DNA of 64,000 bases from the NCBI GenBank assembly GCA_934167175.1, contig CAKPKF010000006.1, forward strand, positions 3,069-67,068, read 5' to 3'. Every line of letters starts with the position of its first letter. Positions within the stretch are counted from its first letter, which is position 1. The position numbers and the translations under genes are program-made. Of this stretch, positions 10,880 through 22,653 are shown one piece after another. The DNA comes from an uncultured Clostridia bacterium. GTDB taxonomy: Bacteria > Bacillota > Clostridia > TANB77 > CAG-508. The notes beneath the pieces are model-generated. The model was not told the DNA's origin and did no database searches. It saw only the letters and a list, made by a program, of their open reading frames with translations.

Positions 10880-11542
10880 ATGGGTCAAAAAGTACATCCA
10901 AATGGTATAAGAGTAGGAATTATTAAAGATTGGAATTCTAAATGGTATGCAGATTCTAAAAACTTTAGTGATTACTTAGTAGAAGATTACAACATTCGTA
11001 AACTACTTAAGAAAAAATTATTCGCTAGCGGTATTTCAAAAATAGAGATAGAAAGAACTGCTAAATTTGTAAAGGTAAATGTATATACTGCAAAACCAGG
11101 TCTAGTAATAGGAAAAGCTGGAGCAGTAGCAGAAGAAATCAAAAAAGAATTAAAAGAAATGATTGGAAAAGAAGTTAATTTAAATATAGTTGAGGTGAAA
11201 GGTGTAGACACTGACGCTCAATTAGTTGCAGAGAATATTGCTGCTCAATTAGAAAGAAGAATATCTTTTAGAAGAGCAATGAAACAAGCTATGCAAAAAA
11301 CTATGAAAGCTGGAGCATTAGGAATAAAAACTGCAGTATCTGGAAGATTAGGTGGTGCAGATATGGCTAGAACAGAATTCTACAAAGAAGGAACAATTCC
11401 ACTTCAAACTTTAAGAGCAGATATAGACTATGGTTTCTATGAAGCAGATACAACTTATGGAAAAATAGGTGTAAAAGTTTGGATATATAAAGGTGAAGTT
11501 CTTCCAGCTAAGAAAGAGAAAGTGGAAGGAGGAGAACAATAA
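10880..11542 (+). CDS. rpsC: 30S ribosomal protein S3
   Basis: Conserved uS3 sequence. Confidence 0.97.
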   Translation: MGQKVHPNGIRVGIIKDWNSKWYADSKNFSDYLVEDYNIRKLLKKKLFASGISKIEIERTAKFVKVNVYTAKPGLVIGKAGAVAEEIKKELKEMIGKEVNLNIVEVKGVDTDAQLVAENIAAQLERRISFRRAMKQAMQKTMKAGALGIKTAVSGRLGGADMARTEFYKEGTIPLQTLRADIDYGFYEADTTYGKIGVKVWIYKGEVLPAKKEKVEGGEQ

Positions 11543-11985
11543 TGCCATTAATGCCAAAAAGAACAAAATATAGAAAAATGCAAAAAGGTAGAAATAGAGG
11601 TAAAGCTACAAGAGGAAACAAAGTTACTGATGGAGAATACGGAATACAAGCATTAGAAGCTGGGCTTATTACTTCAAATCAAATTGAAGCAGCTCGTATT
11701 GCTATGAACCGTTATATAAAAAGAGGTGGTAAAGTTTGGATAAAAATATTCCCAGACAAACCAATAACAAAGAAACCTGCTGAAACTCGTATGGGTAAAG
11801 GTAAAGGAGCTCCAGAATATTGGGTAGCAGTTGTTAAACCAGGAAGAGTAATGTTTGAACTTGCAGGAGTACCAGAAGATATTGCAAGAGAAGCTATTAG
11901 ATTGGCTAGAAACAAATTATCAGTAAAAACTAAATTTGTAAAAAAAGAAACTGTAAATGAGGTGGGTGATAGCAATGAAGATTAA
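11542..11985 (+). CDS. rplP: 50S ribosomal protein L16
   Basis: Conserved uL16 sequence (MPKRTKYRK). The start overlaps the rpsC stop. Confidence 0.96.
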   Translation: MPLMPKRTKYRKMQKGRNRGKATRGNKVTDGEYGIQALEAGLITSNQIEAARIAMNRYIKRGGKVWIKIFPDKPITKKPAETRMGKGKGAPEYWVAVVKPGRVMFELAGVPEDIAREAIRLARNKLSVKTKFVKKETVNEVGDSNED

Positions 11986-12175
11986 TAAAATAAGAGAAAT
12001 GTCTTCACCAGAATTAGAAAAAGAATTAGCAGAATTAAAAACAGAATTATTTAAATTAAGATTTAGTTTAGCTACTAATGGATTAGACAATCCAATGAGA
12101 ATAAAAGAAGTAAAAAAAGATATTGCTAGAATAAATACTATATTAGCACAAAGAAAATTAGTAGAATCTAAATAA
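11975..12175 (+). CDS. rpmC: 50S ribosomal protein L29
   Basis: Conserved uL29 sequence starting [10 protein letters not shown]. This ATG follows gaggtg; the longer ORF from 11957 is rejected. Confidence 0.93.
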   Translation: MKINKIREMSSPELEKELAELKTELFKLRFSLATNGLDNPMRIKEVKKDIARINTILAQRKLVESK

Positions 12176-12220
12176 TTAATATAGAAAGTAATTAAAATTA
12201 TCAGAAAGGAGAAAATTTTC

Positions 12221-12493
12221 ATGGAAGAAAAGAATACTCGTAATTTACGTAAAACTATGATTGGAAAAGTTACATCTGATAAAATGGATAAAACTGTAGT
12301 AGTATCAGTTGAAACTAGTGTAAGACATGAAATTTATGGAAAAACAGTTAAAAGAACATACAAATTAAAAGCTCATGATGAAGAAAATAAATGTCAAATC
12401 GGAGATATAGTAAAAGTTATGGAAACAAGACCACTTTCTAAAGATAAAAGATGGAGAGTAGTTGAAATTGTTGAAAAAGCTAATATAAAATAA
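12221..12493 (+). CDS. rpsQ: 30S ribosomal protein S17
   Basis: Conserved uS17 sequence. Confidence 0.97.
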   Translation: MEEKNTRNLRKTMIGKVTSDKMDKTVVVSVETSVRHEIYGKTVKRTYKLKAHDEENKCQIGDIVKVMETRPLSKDKRWRVVEIVEKANIK

Positions 12494-12551
12494 GAAATTA
12501 TAAAAAATCGGGATAATTAATCAATTATCTAAAAAAGGAGGAAACTGAAGC

Positions 12552-12920
12552 ATGATACAACAAGAATCTGTATTAAAAGTAGCTGATAATACTGGAGCAA
12601 AAGAAATTTTGTGTATCAGATGTTTAGGAGGTTCTTTTAGAAAAACAGCAAACATAGGAGATGTTATCGTTGCTACTGTAAAAAGTGCAGCACCAGGTGG
12701 AGTTGTAAAAAAAGGTGAAGTAGTAAAAGCTGTTATAGTAAGAACTAAATCAGGAGTTAGAAGACCAGACGGTTCATATCTAAAATTTGATGAAAATGCT
12801 GCTGTTATAATTCGTGAAGATAATAATCCAAAAGGAACACGTATATTTGGACCAGTTGCAAGAGAATTAAGAGATAAGAACTACATGAAAATAATATCAC
12901 TAGCTCCAGAAGTATTATAG
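12552..12920 (+). CDS. rplN: 50S ribosomal protein L14
   Basis: Conserved uL14 sequence. Confidence 0.97.
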   Translation: MIQQESVLKVADNTGAKEILCIRCLGGSFRKTANIGDVIVATVKSAAPGGVVKKGEVVKAVIVRTKSGVRRPDGSYLKFDENAAVIIREDNNPKGTRIFGPVARELRDKNYMKIISLAPEVL

Positions 12921-12967
12921 AATATATCGATATAGTAAATAAAGAGTAAAGAGGTGAAACTTAAATT

Positions 12968-13276
12968 ATGAGAATCAAAAAAGGTGATACTGTTATGGTT
13001 TTATCAGGAAATGATAAAGGTAAAACAGGAGAAGTTTTAGAAGTTATACCAAAAACAGAAAAAGTTATTGTTAAAGGTGTAAATATAAGAAAAAAACATG
13101 TTAAACCTAGAAGACAAGGAGAAGAAGGTGGAATAATTTCATCAGAATTCCCAATACCTAGTAGTAAAGTAAATGTGGTTTGCAGTAAATGTGGTAAACC
13201 AGCAAGAATAGGTTACGAAATCAAAAAAGATTCAAAAGTTCGTGTATGTAAAAAATGTGGAACTGAAATAAAATAA
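12968..13276 (+). CDS. rplX: 50S ribosomal protein L24, with four Cys in the C-terminal part
   Basis: Conserved uL24 KOW region. The C-terminus carries CSKCG...CKKCG. Confidence 0.96.
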   Translation: MRIKKGDTVMVLSGNDKGKTGEVLEVIPKTEKVIVKGVNIRKKHVKPRRQGEEGGIISSEFPIPSSKVNVVCSKCGKPARIGYEIKKDSKVRVCKKCGTEIK

Positions 13277-13315
13277 TTGAAAATATAGAACCAGAAAGGA
13301 GGTCTATTTAGACTA

Positions 13316-13855
13316 ATGGAAAAATTAAGAGAACAATATGAAAACGAAGTAATACCAGCATTAATGAAAAAATTTAATTATAAATCTGTTATGCAAGTTC
13401 CTAAACTAGAAAAAATAGTTATTAATATAGGCTTAGGAGATGTAAAAGATAATCCAAAATCATTAGAAAATGCAATGAATGATTTATCAATTATAACAGG
13501 TCAAAAACCTATAGTAACAAAGGCTAAAAAATCTATTGCAGCTTTTAAATTAAGAGAGGGTGTAAATGTAGGATGCAAAGTTACATTAAGAAAAGGAAAA
13601 ATGTATGATTTTGCATATAAGCTATTTAATGTTGCACTTCCAAGAGTAAGAGATTTTAGAGGAACATCAGCTAATTCTTTTGATGGAAGAGGAAATTATT
13701 CTATGGGAATAAGAGAACAATTAATATTCCCAGAAATCGAATATGATAAAGTTGATAAATTAAGAGGTATGGATATTATATTTGTAACAACAGCTAAGAC
13801 AGACGAAGAAGCTAGAGAATTATTAAAACTTCTAGGAATGCCTTTTAAGAACTAA
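13316..13855 (+). CDS. rplE: 50S ribosomal protein L5
   Basis: Conserved uL5 sequence. Confidence 0.97.
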   Translation: MEKLREQYENEVIPALMKKFNYKSVMQVPKLEKIVINIGLGDVKDNPKSLENAMNDLSIITGQKPIVTKAKKSIAAFKLREGVNVGCKVTLRKGKMYDFAYKLFNVALPRVRDFRGTSANSFDGRGNYSMGIREQLIFPEIEYDKVDKLRGMDIIFVTTAKTDEEARELLKLLGMPFKN

Positions 13856-13877
13856 GATAGAGGAGGAAATAGAAAAT

Positions 13878-14063
13878 ATGGCTAAAAAAGCAATGATTCT
13901 AAAACAGCAAAAAGAACAAAAATACAAAACAAGAGAATATAACAGATGTAAAATCTGTGGAAGACCACATGCTTATATAAGAAAATTTGGAATTTGCCGT
14001 GTTTGCTTTAGAGAATTAGCACATAAAGGTGAAATTCCTGGTGTTAAAAAAGCAAGTTGGTAA
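13878..14063 (+). CDS. rpsN: 30S ribosomal protein S14, type Z (zinc-binding, 61 aa)
   Basis: CKICG...CRVC zinc motif and short-form length. Confidence 0.96.
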   Translation: MAKKAMILKQQKEQKYKTREYNRCKICGRPHAYIRKFGICRVCFRELAHKGEIPGVKKASW

Positions 14064-14089
14064 ATGTTATATTAAAGGAGGGAAAATAC

Positions 14090-14488
14090 GTGAATATTAC
14101 AGATCCAATAGCAGATATGTTAACAAGAATAAGAAATGCAGGTACTTCAAAACATAAAACTGTAGATATACCAGCTTCTAAAATGAAAGTAGCTATAGCT
14201 AAAATATTATTTGAAGAAGGATATATAAAATCTTTTGAAGAAATTAAAGATGAAACTCAAGGGATAATAAGAGTTACTTTAAAATATGATGAAAAAGGTA
14301 ATAAAGTAATTGATGGATTAAAAAGAATAAGTAAACCAGGATTAAGAGTATATGCATCAAAAGATGAACTTCCAAAAGTATTAAATGGTCTTGGAATAGC
14401 TTTAATATCAACTTCAAAAGGAATAATGACAGACAAAAAAGCAAGAGAAGCCGGAATTGGTGGAGAAGTATTAGCTTACATATGGTAA
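14090..14488 (+). CDS. rpsH: 30S ribosomal protein S8
   Basis: Conserved uS8 sequence starting (V)[13 protein letters not shown] start follows aaggaggg. Confidence 0.95.
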   Translation: MNITDPIADMLTRIRNAGTSKHKTVDIPASKMKVAIAKILFEEGYIKSFEEIKDETQGIIRVTLKYDEKGNKVIDGLKRISKPGLRVYASKDELPKVLNGLGIALISTSKGIMTDKKAREAGIGGEVLAYIW

Positions 14489-14526
14489 GAAAAAAATAAA
14501 AAATAGCGGAAAAGGAGGAAACTTAG

Positions 14527-15066
14527 ATGTCAAGAATAGGTAACAGCCCTATTACAGTACCAGAAGGTGTTGAAGTAAAAATAGATGGACAAAAAATAAG
14601 TGTAAAAGGACCAAAAGGTACTTTAGAAAGAGAAATCCATAAAAATATAAGTGTTTCTTTAGAAAATAATACTATTTTTGTAAAAAGACCAGATGATGAA
14701 CCTAAAAATAGAAGTTTACATGGTTTAACAAGAACTCTTATAAATAATATGATAGAAGGTGTTTCAAAAGAATTCACAAGAGAGTTACAAGTAAATGGTG
14801 TTGGTTATAGAGCACAAAAACAAGGTAAAAAATTAGTTTTAACTTTAGGATATTCTCATCCAGTAGAAATGGAAGAACCAGAAGGAATTACTTTTGAAGT
14901 ACCAAATCCAAACCAAATAATTGTAAGAGGAATTGACAAAGAATTAGTAGGTCAAACAGCAGCAGTTATAAGAACAAAGAGACCACCAGAAGTATATAGA
15001 GGTAAAGGAATTAAATATGCTGAAGAAGTAATTAGACGCAAAGAAGGTAAAGCAGGTAAAAAATAG
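14527..15066 (+). CDS. rplF: 50S ribosomal protein L6
   Basis: Conserved uL6 sequence. Confidence 0.97.
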   Translation: MSRIGNSPITVPEGVEVKIDGQKISVKGPKGTLEREIHKNISVSLENNTIFVKRPDDEPKNRSLHGLTRTLINNMIEGVSKEFTRELQVNGVGYRAQKQGKKLVLTLGYSHPVEMEEPEGITFEVPNPNQIIVRGIDKELVGQTAAVIRTKRPPEVYRGKGIKYAEEVIRRKEGKAGKK

Positions 15067-15092
15067 AATTGACGAAAGGAGAAAATTGAGAT

Positions 15093-15452
15093 ATGATAAC
15101 AAAAACAGATAGAAAATTTGAAAGAACAAGAAGACATATTCGTGTACGTAGAAAAATATCTGGAACAGCAGAACGTCCAAGACTTTGTATCTATAGAAGT
15201 AATACAAATTTATATGTTCAAATTATAGATGACGTAGCAGCTAAAACATTAGTTAGTGCTTCAACATTAGATAAAGAAGTAAAAACAAAACATGCAAATA
15301 AAGCAGCTGCAAAAGAAATTGGACAATTAATTGCTAAAAGAGCTCTTGAAAAAAATATAGAAACAGTTGTATTTGATAGAGGTGGATATATTTATCACGG
15401 AGTAGTAAAAGAATTAGCAGATTCAGCAAGAGAAGCTGGACTTAAATTTTAG
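15093..15452 (+). CDS. rplR: 50S ribosomal protein L18
   Basis: Conserved uL18 sequence. Confidence 0.97.
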   Translation: MITKTDRKFERTRRHIRVRRKISGTAERPRLCIYRSNTNLYVQIIDDVAAKTLVSASTLDKEVKTKHANKAAAKEIGQLIAKRALEKNIETVVFDRGGYIYHGVVKELADSAREAGLKF

Positions 15453-15484
15453 AATATATTAAAAAGGAGGGAAAACCAAATCAC

Positions 15485-15973
15485 ATGGAAGAAAATACAG
15501 TTGAATTAAAAGAGAAAGTTGTAGCTATTAATAGAGTTGCTAAAGTTGTTAAAGGTGGTAGAACTTTTAGATTTAGTGCTGTAGTAGTAGTTGGTGATGG
15601 TAATGGAAGAGTTGGTGTTGGAAATGGTAAAGCAGCCGAAGTTCCAGATGCTATAAAAAAAGCAATTGATGAAGCAAAGAAAAACTTAATTAATGTACCT
15701 ATCGTAGGAACAACAATTCCTCATGAATATTTTGGTAGATTTGGAAGTGCACAAGTTATGTTAAAACCAGCTGCAGAAGGTACTGGAGTTATAGCTGGTG
15801 GTAGTGTTAGACCTGTTCTAGAATTAGCAGGATATAAAGATATAAGAACAAAAGTTATTGGAACTAACAATCCAAGAAACGTTGTTTATGCTACTCTAGA
15901 AGGATTAAAAAGCATGAGCACAGTTGAACAAATTGCTAAAAAAAGAGGAAAAAAAGTTAGCGAAATATTATAG
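15485..15973 (+). CDS. rpsE: 30S ribosomal protein S5
   Basis: Conserved uS5 sequence. Confidence 0.97.
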   Translation: MEENTVELKEKVVAINRVAKVVKGGRTFRFSAVVVVGDGNGRVGVGNGKAAEVPDAIKKAIDEAKKNLINVPIVGTTIPHEYFGRFGSAQVMLKPAAEGTGVIAGGSVRPVLELAGYKDIRTKVIGTNNPRNVVYATLEGLKSMSTVEQIAKKRGKKVSEIL

Positions 15974-16022
15974 TTTAATATAAAAGCAATACAGATTTAT
16001 TTAAGGAGGTGCAATAAAGAAA

Positions 16023-16457
16023 ATGAAATTAGGTGAATTAAAACCAGCAGTAAAAAAAGAAAAAAGAAAAGTTGTAGGACGTGGAGTTGGTTCAGGTCGT
16101 GGAAAAACTTCTACAAGAGGTCATAAAGGACAAAAAGCAAGATCTGGTGGAGGAGTTAGAATTGGTTTTGAAGGTGGTCAAACACCATTATATAGAAGAT
16201 TACCTAAAAGAGGGTTTACAAACATACATGCTAAAAATTATACAGAAGTAACTCTAACAATGCTAAATAAATCAAAAGCTACAGAAGTAAGTGCAGAAAC
16301 ATTATTAGCAGAAGGTATAATTGGAAAAGTAAATGATGGAATAGTAGTACTTGCTACTGGAAAACTAGAGAAAAAATTAACTGTTAAAGCTAAAAGATTT
16401 ACAAAAACAGCAGCAGAGAAAATTGAAGCTCTAGGTGGAAAGATAGAGGTGATTTAA
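16023..16457 (+). CDS. rplO: 50S ribosomal protein L15
   Basis: Conserved uL15 sequence. It follows rpsE after only 49 nt, with no rpmD between them. Confidence 0.97.
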   Translation: MKLGELKPAVKKEKRKVVGRGVGSGRGKTSTRGHKGQKARSGGGVRIGFEGGQTPLYRRLPKRGFTNIHAKNYTEVTLTMLNKSKATEVSAETLLAEGIIGKVNDGIVVLATGKLEKKLTVKAKRFTKTAAEKIEALGGKIEVI

Positions 16458-17783
16458 TTGCTAAAAACAATTCAAAATGCTATAAAAACTCCAGCAGTTA
16501 GAAAAAAATTGTTATTCACATTGTTATTAATAGTTATATTTAGATTTGGATGTTTTATAACAATACCAGGTGTAGATACAGTAACATTAAATGAAACAAT
16601 GAAAGCATCATCAGGAAGTTTAACAGGACTAATAAATATAATTTCAGGAGGAGCATTTTCAAGATTCTCGATTTTTGCTATGTCAATTACACCATATATC
16701 ACAGCTTCAATAGTAGTACAATTATTAGCAATGGTAATACCTTCTTTAGAAAAACTATCTAAAGAAGGTGGCGAAGATGGAAGAAGAACAATGAATAGAT
16801 ATACTAAAATGATTACAGTAGTATTGGCATTAATAGAAGCTTTGGGATTATATGTATCTTACAAAGGTTCAGGTATATTTATTGATAAAGAAGCTATCAC
16901 AGGAATTGTAGTTGTTCTTTCATTAGTTGCAGGAACGTCATTTCTTATGTGGCTTGGAGAGCAAATTACAAATAAAGGAATTGGAAATGGAATTTCAATG
17001 ATTATATTTGTAGGTATTATTTCAGGGTTACCAACGGTAATAACAACACTAACAAATTTAATGTTTGTTGAAGGAGCTTTTAGCACTAAAGGATTATTGA
17101 CAGCATTAGCAATAATTTTTGGAGCAATGATTTTAGTTGCAGGAGTTGTATTTGTACAACAAGCTGAAAGAAGAGTGCCTGTACAATATTCAAAAAAAGT
17201 TGTAGGAAGAAAGATGATAGGAGCACAAAACACTCATATTCCATTAAAACTTGCAATGGCGGGTGTTATGCCAATAATTTTTGCATCATCATTTATGACT
17301 TTCCCAGCTTTAGTTTTACAAATATTTATAAAAGATATAGCTACCCAAACAGGATTCTGGGCAGGAGTTTATAAATTTTCAATGGCAACATCAACTTCAG
17401 ATGTGCCTATTGGATATTCAATAGCTAATGCTATAGTGTATTTATTACTTATAGTTGGATTCACATTTTTCTATACATATGCAACATTTAATCCAGCAGA
17501 GGTATCAAGTAATATAAAGAAAAATGGTGGATTTATCCCAGGGATAAGAGCAGGAAAGCCAACAACTGAGTATCTATCATCAGTACTTACTAAAATAACA
17601 TGTTTTGGTAGTGTGTTCTTAGCATTAATTGCTATATTACCAATGCTTATAAGATTTACAAGCTTAAACCTTGCATTTGGTGGTACATCTATACTTATTG
17701 TAGTAGGAGTAGCGTTAGAAACAGTGCAACAATTAGAATCACAATTAGTGATGAGACATTATAAAGGCTTTTTAGATAGCTAA
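16458..17783 (+). CDS. secY: Preprotein translocase subunit SecY
   Basis: Conserved 10-TM SecY sequence with a TTG start. Confidence 0.96.
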   Translation: MLKTIQNAIKTPAVRKKLLFTLLLIVIFRFGCFITIPGVDTVTLNETMKASSGSLTGLINIISGGAFSRFSIFAMSITPYITASIVVQLLAMVIPSLEKLSKEGGEDGRRTMNRYTKMITVVLALIEALGLYVSYKGSGIFIDKEAITGIVVVLSLVAGTSFLMWLGEQITNKGIGNGISMIIFVGIISGLPTVITTLTNLMFVEGAFSTKGLLTALAIIFGAMILVAGVVFVQQAERRVPVQYSKKVVGRKMIGAQNTHIPLKLAMAGVMPIIFASSFMTFPALVLQIFIKDIATQTGFWAGVYKFSMATSTSDVPIGYSIANAIVYLLLIVGFTFFYTYATFNPAEVSSNIKKNGGFIPGIRAGKPTTEYLSSVLTKITCFGSVFLALIAILPMLIRFTSLNLAFGGTSILIVVGVALETVQQLESQLVMRHYKGFLDS

Positions 17784-17791
17784 AATTTACA

Positions 17792-17818
17792 CCCTACAGC
17801 TTGTTAAAAGCTGTAGGG
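17792..17818 (+). other. GC-rich hairpin between secY and adk
   Basis: 9-bp stem (ccctacagc / gctgtaggg) with no downstream T-run. Confidence 0.5.
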
Positions 17819-17921
17819 GAAAGTTTGATATATAATTTTTTAAGTAATTATAGATATGTAATTATTTAAAAAATTATATATGGTTTTCATATATATTAAG
17901 AGATATATAGGAGGTATAAAT

Positions 17922-18587
17922 ATGATTATTATTATGTTAGGAGCACCTGGTACAGGAAAAGGAACAGTAAGTTCAATATTATCAGAAAGGTTAAATCTTC
18001 CACATGTTTCGAGTGGAGATATATTCAGAAATGAAATAAAAAATAAAACAGCTTTAGCAAAAGAATTAGATGAATATTTATCAAAAGGAGCATTAGTTCC
18101 AGATGAACTTACAATAAGAATTATATCTGAAAGATTAAAACAACCAGATTTAAAAGATGGAGTAATATTAGATGGATTTCCAAGAACGGAAGAACAAGCT
18201 ATAAAACTAGATGAAATATTAGCAAAAGAAAATAAAAAAGTTGATGTTGTTCTTAATTTAATAACACCGGAAGAAGAGCTTGTAGAACGAATTGTAAATA
18301 GAAGAATATGTTCAAATCCAGAATGCAAAACAATATATAATTTAAAACTAAATCCTCCTAAAAAAGAAGGAATATGTAATGTTTGTGGAAGTGAACTAAT
18401 ACAAAGAAAAGATGATAATGAAGAAACAGTAAAAAATAGATTTAGAGAATATATTAATTTATCTAGTAAATTGGTAGAATACTATGGAAAAAAAGATGTA
18501 TTGTATACAGCAGAAATTACTGAAAGATTGAATAAATTTGGAAAAGAAGTTGCAGAAGAATTTATAACTTATTTAGAGAGGAAGTAA
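17922..18587 (+). CDS. adk: Adenylate kinase (zinc-lid type)
   Basis: Starts MIIIMLGAPGTGKGT after the RBS aggagg. The lid carries Cys (CSNPEC...CNVCG). Confidence 0.95.
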   Translation: MIIIMLGAPGTGKGTVSSILSERLNLPHVSSGDIFRNEIKNKTALAKELDEYLSKGALVPDELTIRIISERLKQPDLKDGVILDGFPRTEEQAIKLDEILAKENKKVDVVLNLITPEEELVERIVNRRICSNPECKTIYNLKLNPPKKEGICNVCGSELIQRKDDNEETVKNRFREYINLSSKLVEYYGKKDVLYTAEITERLNKFGKEVAEEFITYLERK

Positions 18588-18592
18588 TTAAA

Positions 18593-19363
18593 TTGATTAC
18601 TATAAAATCAAAAAGAGAAATCGAACTAATGAAAGAAGCATGTAGAGTAACTGCAATTACACATAAAGCAATTGAAGATGCAATTAGACCAGGAATTAGC
18701 ACGCTAGAGTTAGATAGAATAGCAGAAAAAACAATAAGGGACAATGGAGGAATACCAGCACAAAAAGGATATCCAAGTGGATTTAAAGGAGTTCCAGATT
18801 TCCCAGCATCTATATGTGCATCTATAAATGATGAAGTAATACATGGAATACCTTCAAGAACTGCTATAATTAAAGATGGGGATATAGTTAGTATTGATCT
18901 AGTAACATTAAAAAATGGATTTAATGGTGATGCAGCAAGAACTTATATGGTTGGAAATGTTAATAAAAATGCAAAAAGATTAGTAGAAGTTACAAAGCAA
19001 GCTTTTTTTGAGGGAATCAAATATGCTGTTTCTGGAAATAGACTAGGAGATATATCCAATGCAATAGGAGAATATATAGTAAAAAATGGTTATTCAGTTG
19101 TTAGAGAATTTCAAGGACATGGAATAGGTAGAAGTATGCATGAAGAACCAGGAATACCTAATTACGGAAGAGCAGGTAGAGGAGTTAAGCTTCAACCTGG
19201 CATGACACTAGCTATTGAACCAATGGTTATAATGGGAAAAAACAACATTTTAGAATTAGAAGATGGATGGACTATTGTGACAGAAGATGGAAGTTTGGCA
19301 GCACATTATGAAAATACAATTTTAATTACAGAAAAAGAGCCAGAAATATTGACATTACTGTAA
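18593..19363 (+). CDS. map: Type I methionine aminopeptidase
   Basis: Conserved MetAP sequence including metal-ligand motifs. Confidence 0.95.
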   Translation: MITIKSKREIELMKEACRVTAITHKAIEDAIRPGISTLELDRIAEKTIRDNGGIPAQKGYPSGFKGVPDFPASICASINDEVIHGIPSRTAIIKDGDIVSIDLVTLKNGFNGDAARTYMVGNVNKNAKRLVEVTKQAFFEGIKYAVSGNRLGDISNAIGEYIVKNGYSVVREFQGHGIGRSMHEEPGIPNYGRAGRGVKLQPGMTLAIEPMVIMGKNNILELEDGWTIVTEDGSLAAHYENTILITEKEPEILTLL

Positions 19364-19475
19364 AAATGTTATATACTATATAAGCTAATTGTATAAAATG
19401 AAAATAATATAGAATGTTTCTTATTAGCAGATATAAAAGAGGCATTCTTATACCTTTAATTAGGGAGGGGTAAAA

Positions 19476-19694
19476 TTGGCTAAAGAAGATGTAATAGAAG
19501 TAGAAGGAACTGTTATAGAAACATTACCTAATACTAATTTTAAAGTTGAGCTAGAAAATGGGCATCAAATATTAGCACATATTTCTGGAAAACTTAGAAT
19601 GAATTATATAAAAATCTTACCAGGTGATAAAGTAAAAGTAGAACTTTCACCATATGACTTAACAAGAGGCAGAATTACTTGGAGAGCAAAATAA
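19476..19694 (+). CDS. infA: Translation initiation factor IF-1
   Basis: Conserved IF-1 S1-fold sequence with a TTG start. Confidence 0.96.
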   Translation: MAKEDVIEVEGTVIETLPNTNFKVELENGHQILAHISGKLRMNYIKILPGDKVKVELSPYDLTRGRITWRAK

Positions 19695-19739
19695 TAATAA
19701 AATGATATATACAATTTATATCTTACAGGAGGTGTAAAA

Positions 19740-19853
19740 ATGAAAGTTAGAGCGTCTGTAAAACCAATATGCGATAAATGCAAGGTTATAAAAAGAAAAG
19801 GTGTAATAAGGGTTATTTGTGAAAACCCAAAACATAAGCAAAGACAAGGTTAA
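19740..19853 (+). CDS. rpmJ: 50S ribosomal protein L36 (37 aa; absent from the supplied ORF track)
   Basis: Manual translation gives [37 protein letters not shown], preceded by the RBS aggaggtg. Confidence 0.95.
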   Translation: MKVRASVKPICDKCKVIKRKGVIRVICENPKHKQRQG

Positions 19854-19872
19854 ATAGAAAAAACAAGTTATT

Positions 19873-19941
19873 AACACAAATATTGGTAGCGGCTGTGAAA
19901 CTTTTAACTAAAATTAAAAGTTTACATATCAAATTTGTGTT
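19873..19941 (+). promoter_or_regulatory. Composite long hairpin in the rpmJ-rpsM spacer
   Basis: Outer 9-bp stem aacacaaat/atttgtgtt. Inner stem of about 12 bp, gtgaaacttttaa/ttaaaagtttac, with one bulge. Confidence 0.5.
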
Positions 19942-20070
19942 TATATATATGTCTGTTAAAGTTTAAAGACTGCTTTATATATTAATAATAAAGTACATTT
20001 CACTTTAAATATTTAAAGACAAAACAAAAATAATAATTATAGAAAAAACATTTTGGAGGTGCTAAAATTT

Positions 20071-20442
20071 ATGGCTCGTATAGCAGGAGTTGATTTACCT
20101 AGAGAAAAAAGAGTAGAAATAGGACTTACATATATATATGGTATAGGAGTATCAAGCTCTAGACAAATACTTAAACAAGCTGGGATTAATCCAGATATCA
20201 GAATAAAAGACTTAACAGATGATCAAGTTAATAGTATAAGAAAAGTTATCGATGGAAACTTTAAAGTTGAAGGTGACTTAAGAAGAGAAGTAGCTCTTAA
20301 TATAAAAAGACTTACTGAAATCGGATGTTATAGAGGATTAAGACATAGAAAAGGCTTACCGGTTAGAGGACAAAGAACAAAAACTAATGCTCGTACAAGA
20401 AAAGGTCCTAGAAAACTAGTTAGTAAAAGTAAAAAGAAATAA
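20071..20442 (+). CDS. rpsM: 30S ribosomal protein S13
   Basis: Conserved uS13 sequence starting [10 protein letters not shown] after ggaggtg. Confidence 0.96.
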   Translation: MARIAGVDLPREKRVEIGLTYIYGIGVSSSRQILKQAGINPDIRIKDLTDDQVNSIRKVIDGNFKVEGDLRREVALNIKRLTEIGCYRGLRHRKGLPVRGQRTKTNARTRKGPRKLVSKSKKK

Positions 20443-20462
20443 TTAAGGAGGTATAATGCTAA

Positions 20463-20858
20463 ATGGCTAAGAAAGTAGTAACAAAAAGAACACCTAGAAG
20501 AAATAGAAAAAACATTGAAAAAGGTGTAGCTCATATTCATTCTAGTTTTAATAATACAATAGTTACAATTACAGACGTAAACGGTAATGTAATATCTTGG
20601 GCAAGTGCTGGTGAATTAGGATTTAAAGGTTCTAGAAAGAGTACTCCATTTGCTGCAGGAGAAGTAGCTGAAACAGCAGCAAAAGCAGCTATGGAACACG
20701 GATTAAAAATAGCAGAAGTATATGTAAAAGGTCCAGGTTCTGGTCGTGAAGCTGCAATAAGATCTCTTCAAGCAGCTGGTTTGGAAATAAGCAGTATAAA
20801 AGATGTAACACCAATACCACACAATGGTTGTAGACCACCAAAAAGAAGAAGAGTTTAA
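20463..20858 (+). CDS. rpsK: 30S ribosomal protein S11
   Basis: Conserved uS11 sequence. Confidence 0.97.
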   Translation: MAKKVVTKRTPRRNRKNIEKGVAHIHSSFNNTIVTITDVNGNVISWASAGELGFKGSRKSTPFAAGEVAETAAKAAMEHGLKIAEVYVKGPGSGREAAIRSLQAAGLEISSIKDVTPIPHNGCRPPKRRRV

Positions 20859-20953
20859 TAAAAATAAAATAGGAGAAACAAAGCTCCGTTCAAATATAAA
20901 GGAAATAATATCCTTATTTTATAGAAATAAGAGAAAGAGGTGTAATAAATAAC

Positions 20954-21580
20954 ATGGCAAGATATAAAGATGAACAATGTCGTATTTGCCGTAGAGAAGG
21001 TCAAAAATTGTTCTTAAAAGGTTCAAGATGTTATTCTGATAAATGTAGTGTTTCTAGAAGAAATTATGCACCAGGACAACATGGACAAAAAAGAGCAAAA
21101 CTTTCTGAATATGGTACTCAATTAAGAGAAAAACAAAAAACTAAATCATATTATGGTGTAGGGGAAAAACAATTTAGAAAATATTTCAAAATGGCATCAA
21201 ACAAAAAAGGAATTACAGGTGAATTATTACTTCAAATATTAGAAAGCAGATTAGATAATGTTGTATATAGATTAGGGTATGGTAGCTCTAGAGCACAAGC
21301 TAGACAACTTGTTAACCATGGACATTTTGAAGTAAATGGTAAAAAAGTTGATATAGCTTCATACTTAGTAAAACCAGGAGATGTAATTTCTGTTAGAGAA
21401 ATAAGAAAAGATAATAAAACAATAAAAGCAAATGTTGAAGAAAATGCTGCAAGACCAGTTCCAGCATGGCTAGAAAAAGATATAGAAAATTTAAGTGGTA
21501 AAGTAGTTACTCTAGCATCTAGAGAAGATGTAGATTTACCAGTAAAAGAACATTTAATAGTAGAGCTTTACTCAAAATAA
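20954..21580 (+). CDS. rpsD: 30S ribosomal protein S4
   Basis: Conserved uS4 sequence with an N-terminal Cys cluster. Confidence 0.97.
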   Translation: MARYKDEQCRICRREGQKLFLKGSRCYSDKCSVSRRNYAPGQHGQKRAKLSEYGTQLREKQKTKSYYGVGEKQFRKYFKMASNKKGITGELLLQILESRLDNVVYRLGYGSSRAQARQLVNHGHFEVNGKKVDIASYLVKPGDVISVREIRKDNKTIKANVEENAARPVPAWLEKDIENLSGKVVTLASREDVDLPVKEHLIVELYSK

Positions 21581-21651
21581 TTAAGATTTTGAGAGAAATA
21601 GTATATATTATAATGTTGTTTTGCAAAAGCAACTCTATTAGGAGGTAAAAA

Positions 21652-22599
21652 ATGATTGAATTCGAAAAGCCAAATATCGAATGTTTAGAGGTAGACGATG
21701 ATAATAATTATGCAAAATTTGTGTGTGAACCTTTAGAAAGAGGATATGGAGTTACAATAGGAAATTCATTAAGAAGAATCCTTCTTTCATCACTTCCAGG
21801 TGCTGCAATTACTAGTGTAAAAATTGAAGGAGTTGTACATGAATTTGCTACAATACCAAATGTTGTAGAAGATGTACCAGAAATAATAATTAATTTAAAA
21901 GGTGTAAGATTAAAATTACACGACAATGAAGAAAAAATAATAAGAATTGACTTTAAAGGAGAAGGAGAAGTAACTGCTGGAGACATAATTACAGACAGTA
22001 CAGTTGAAATCTTAAATCCAGATTTACATATAGCAACTGTAGCAGAAGGTGGACATTTACAAATGGAAATGACAGCTGATAGAGGTAGAGGTTATAATTC
22101 AGCTATAAAGAATAAAAAACCAAACCAAGATATATCAGTTCTTCCTATAGATTCTATATATACTCCTGTAAAAAAGGTTAATTATTCAGTACAAAATACA
22201 AGAGTTGGACAAGTAGTTGACTATGATAAACTAATTATAGAAGTATGGACTGACGGAAGCTTAAAAGCTCATGAAGCATTAAGTTTAGCTGCAAAAGTTA
22301 TGACAGGACATTTAGAATTATTCATAGATTTATCAGAAGCTACTAGAAACACACAAGTTATGGTAGAAAAAGAAGAATCTAAAAAAGAAAAAGTTCTAGA
22401 AATGTCTATAGAAGATTTAGAATTATCTGTTAGATCATTTAACTGTTTAAAAAGAGCAGGAATTTCTACAGTAGAAGATTTAACAAATAAAACAGAATCA
22501 GACATGATGAAAGTAAGAAACTTAGGTAAAAAATCATTAGATGAAGTTACAAATAAATTACGTTCTTTAGGATTAGACTTTGCTTTTGAAGAAGAATAA
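21652..22599 (+). CDS. rpoA: DNA-directed RNA polymerase subunit alpha
   Basis: Conserved RpoA N-terminal and C-terminal domain sequence. Confidence 0.97.
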   Translation: MIEFEKPNIECLEVDDDNNYAKFVCEPLERGYGVTIGNSLRRILLSSLPGAAITSVKIEGVVHEFATIPNVVEDVPEIIINLKGVRLKLHDNEEKIIRIDFKGEGEVTAGDIITDSTVEILNPDLHIATVAEGGHLQMEMTADRGRGYNSAIKNKKPNQDISVLPIDSIYTPVKKVNYSVQNTRVGQVVDYDKLIIEVWTDGSLKAHEALSLAAKVMTGHLELFIDLSEATRNTQVMVEKEESKKEKVLEMSIEDLELSVRSFNCLKRAGISTVEDLTNKTESDMMKVRNLGKKSLDEVTNKLRSLGLDFAFEEE

Positions 22600-22653
22600 A
22601 TAATATATAGAGATATAATATAGATAAAAAATATAAAGGAAGGTGAAACAAAA

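Noticed and set aside
20859-20953. Structured S4 leader between rpsK and rpsD
   Set aside because: Only one short hairpin (aagga..tcctt) was seen in 95 nt, which is insufficient evidence.
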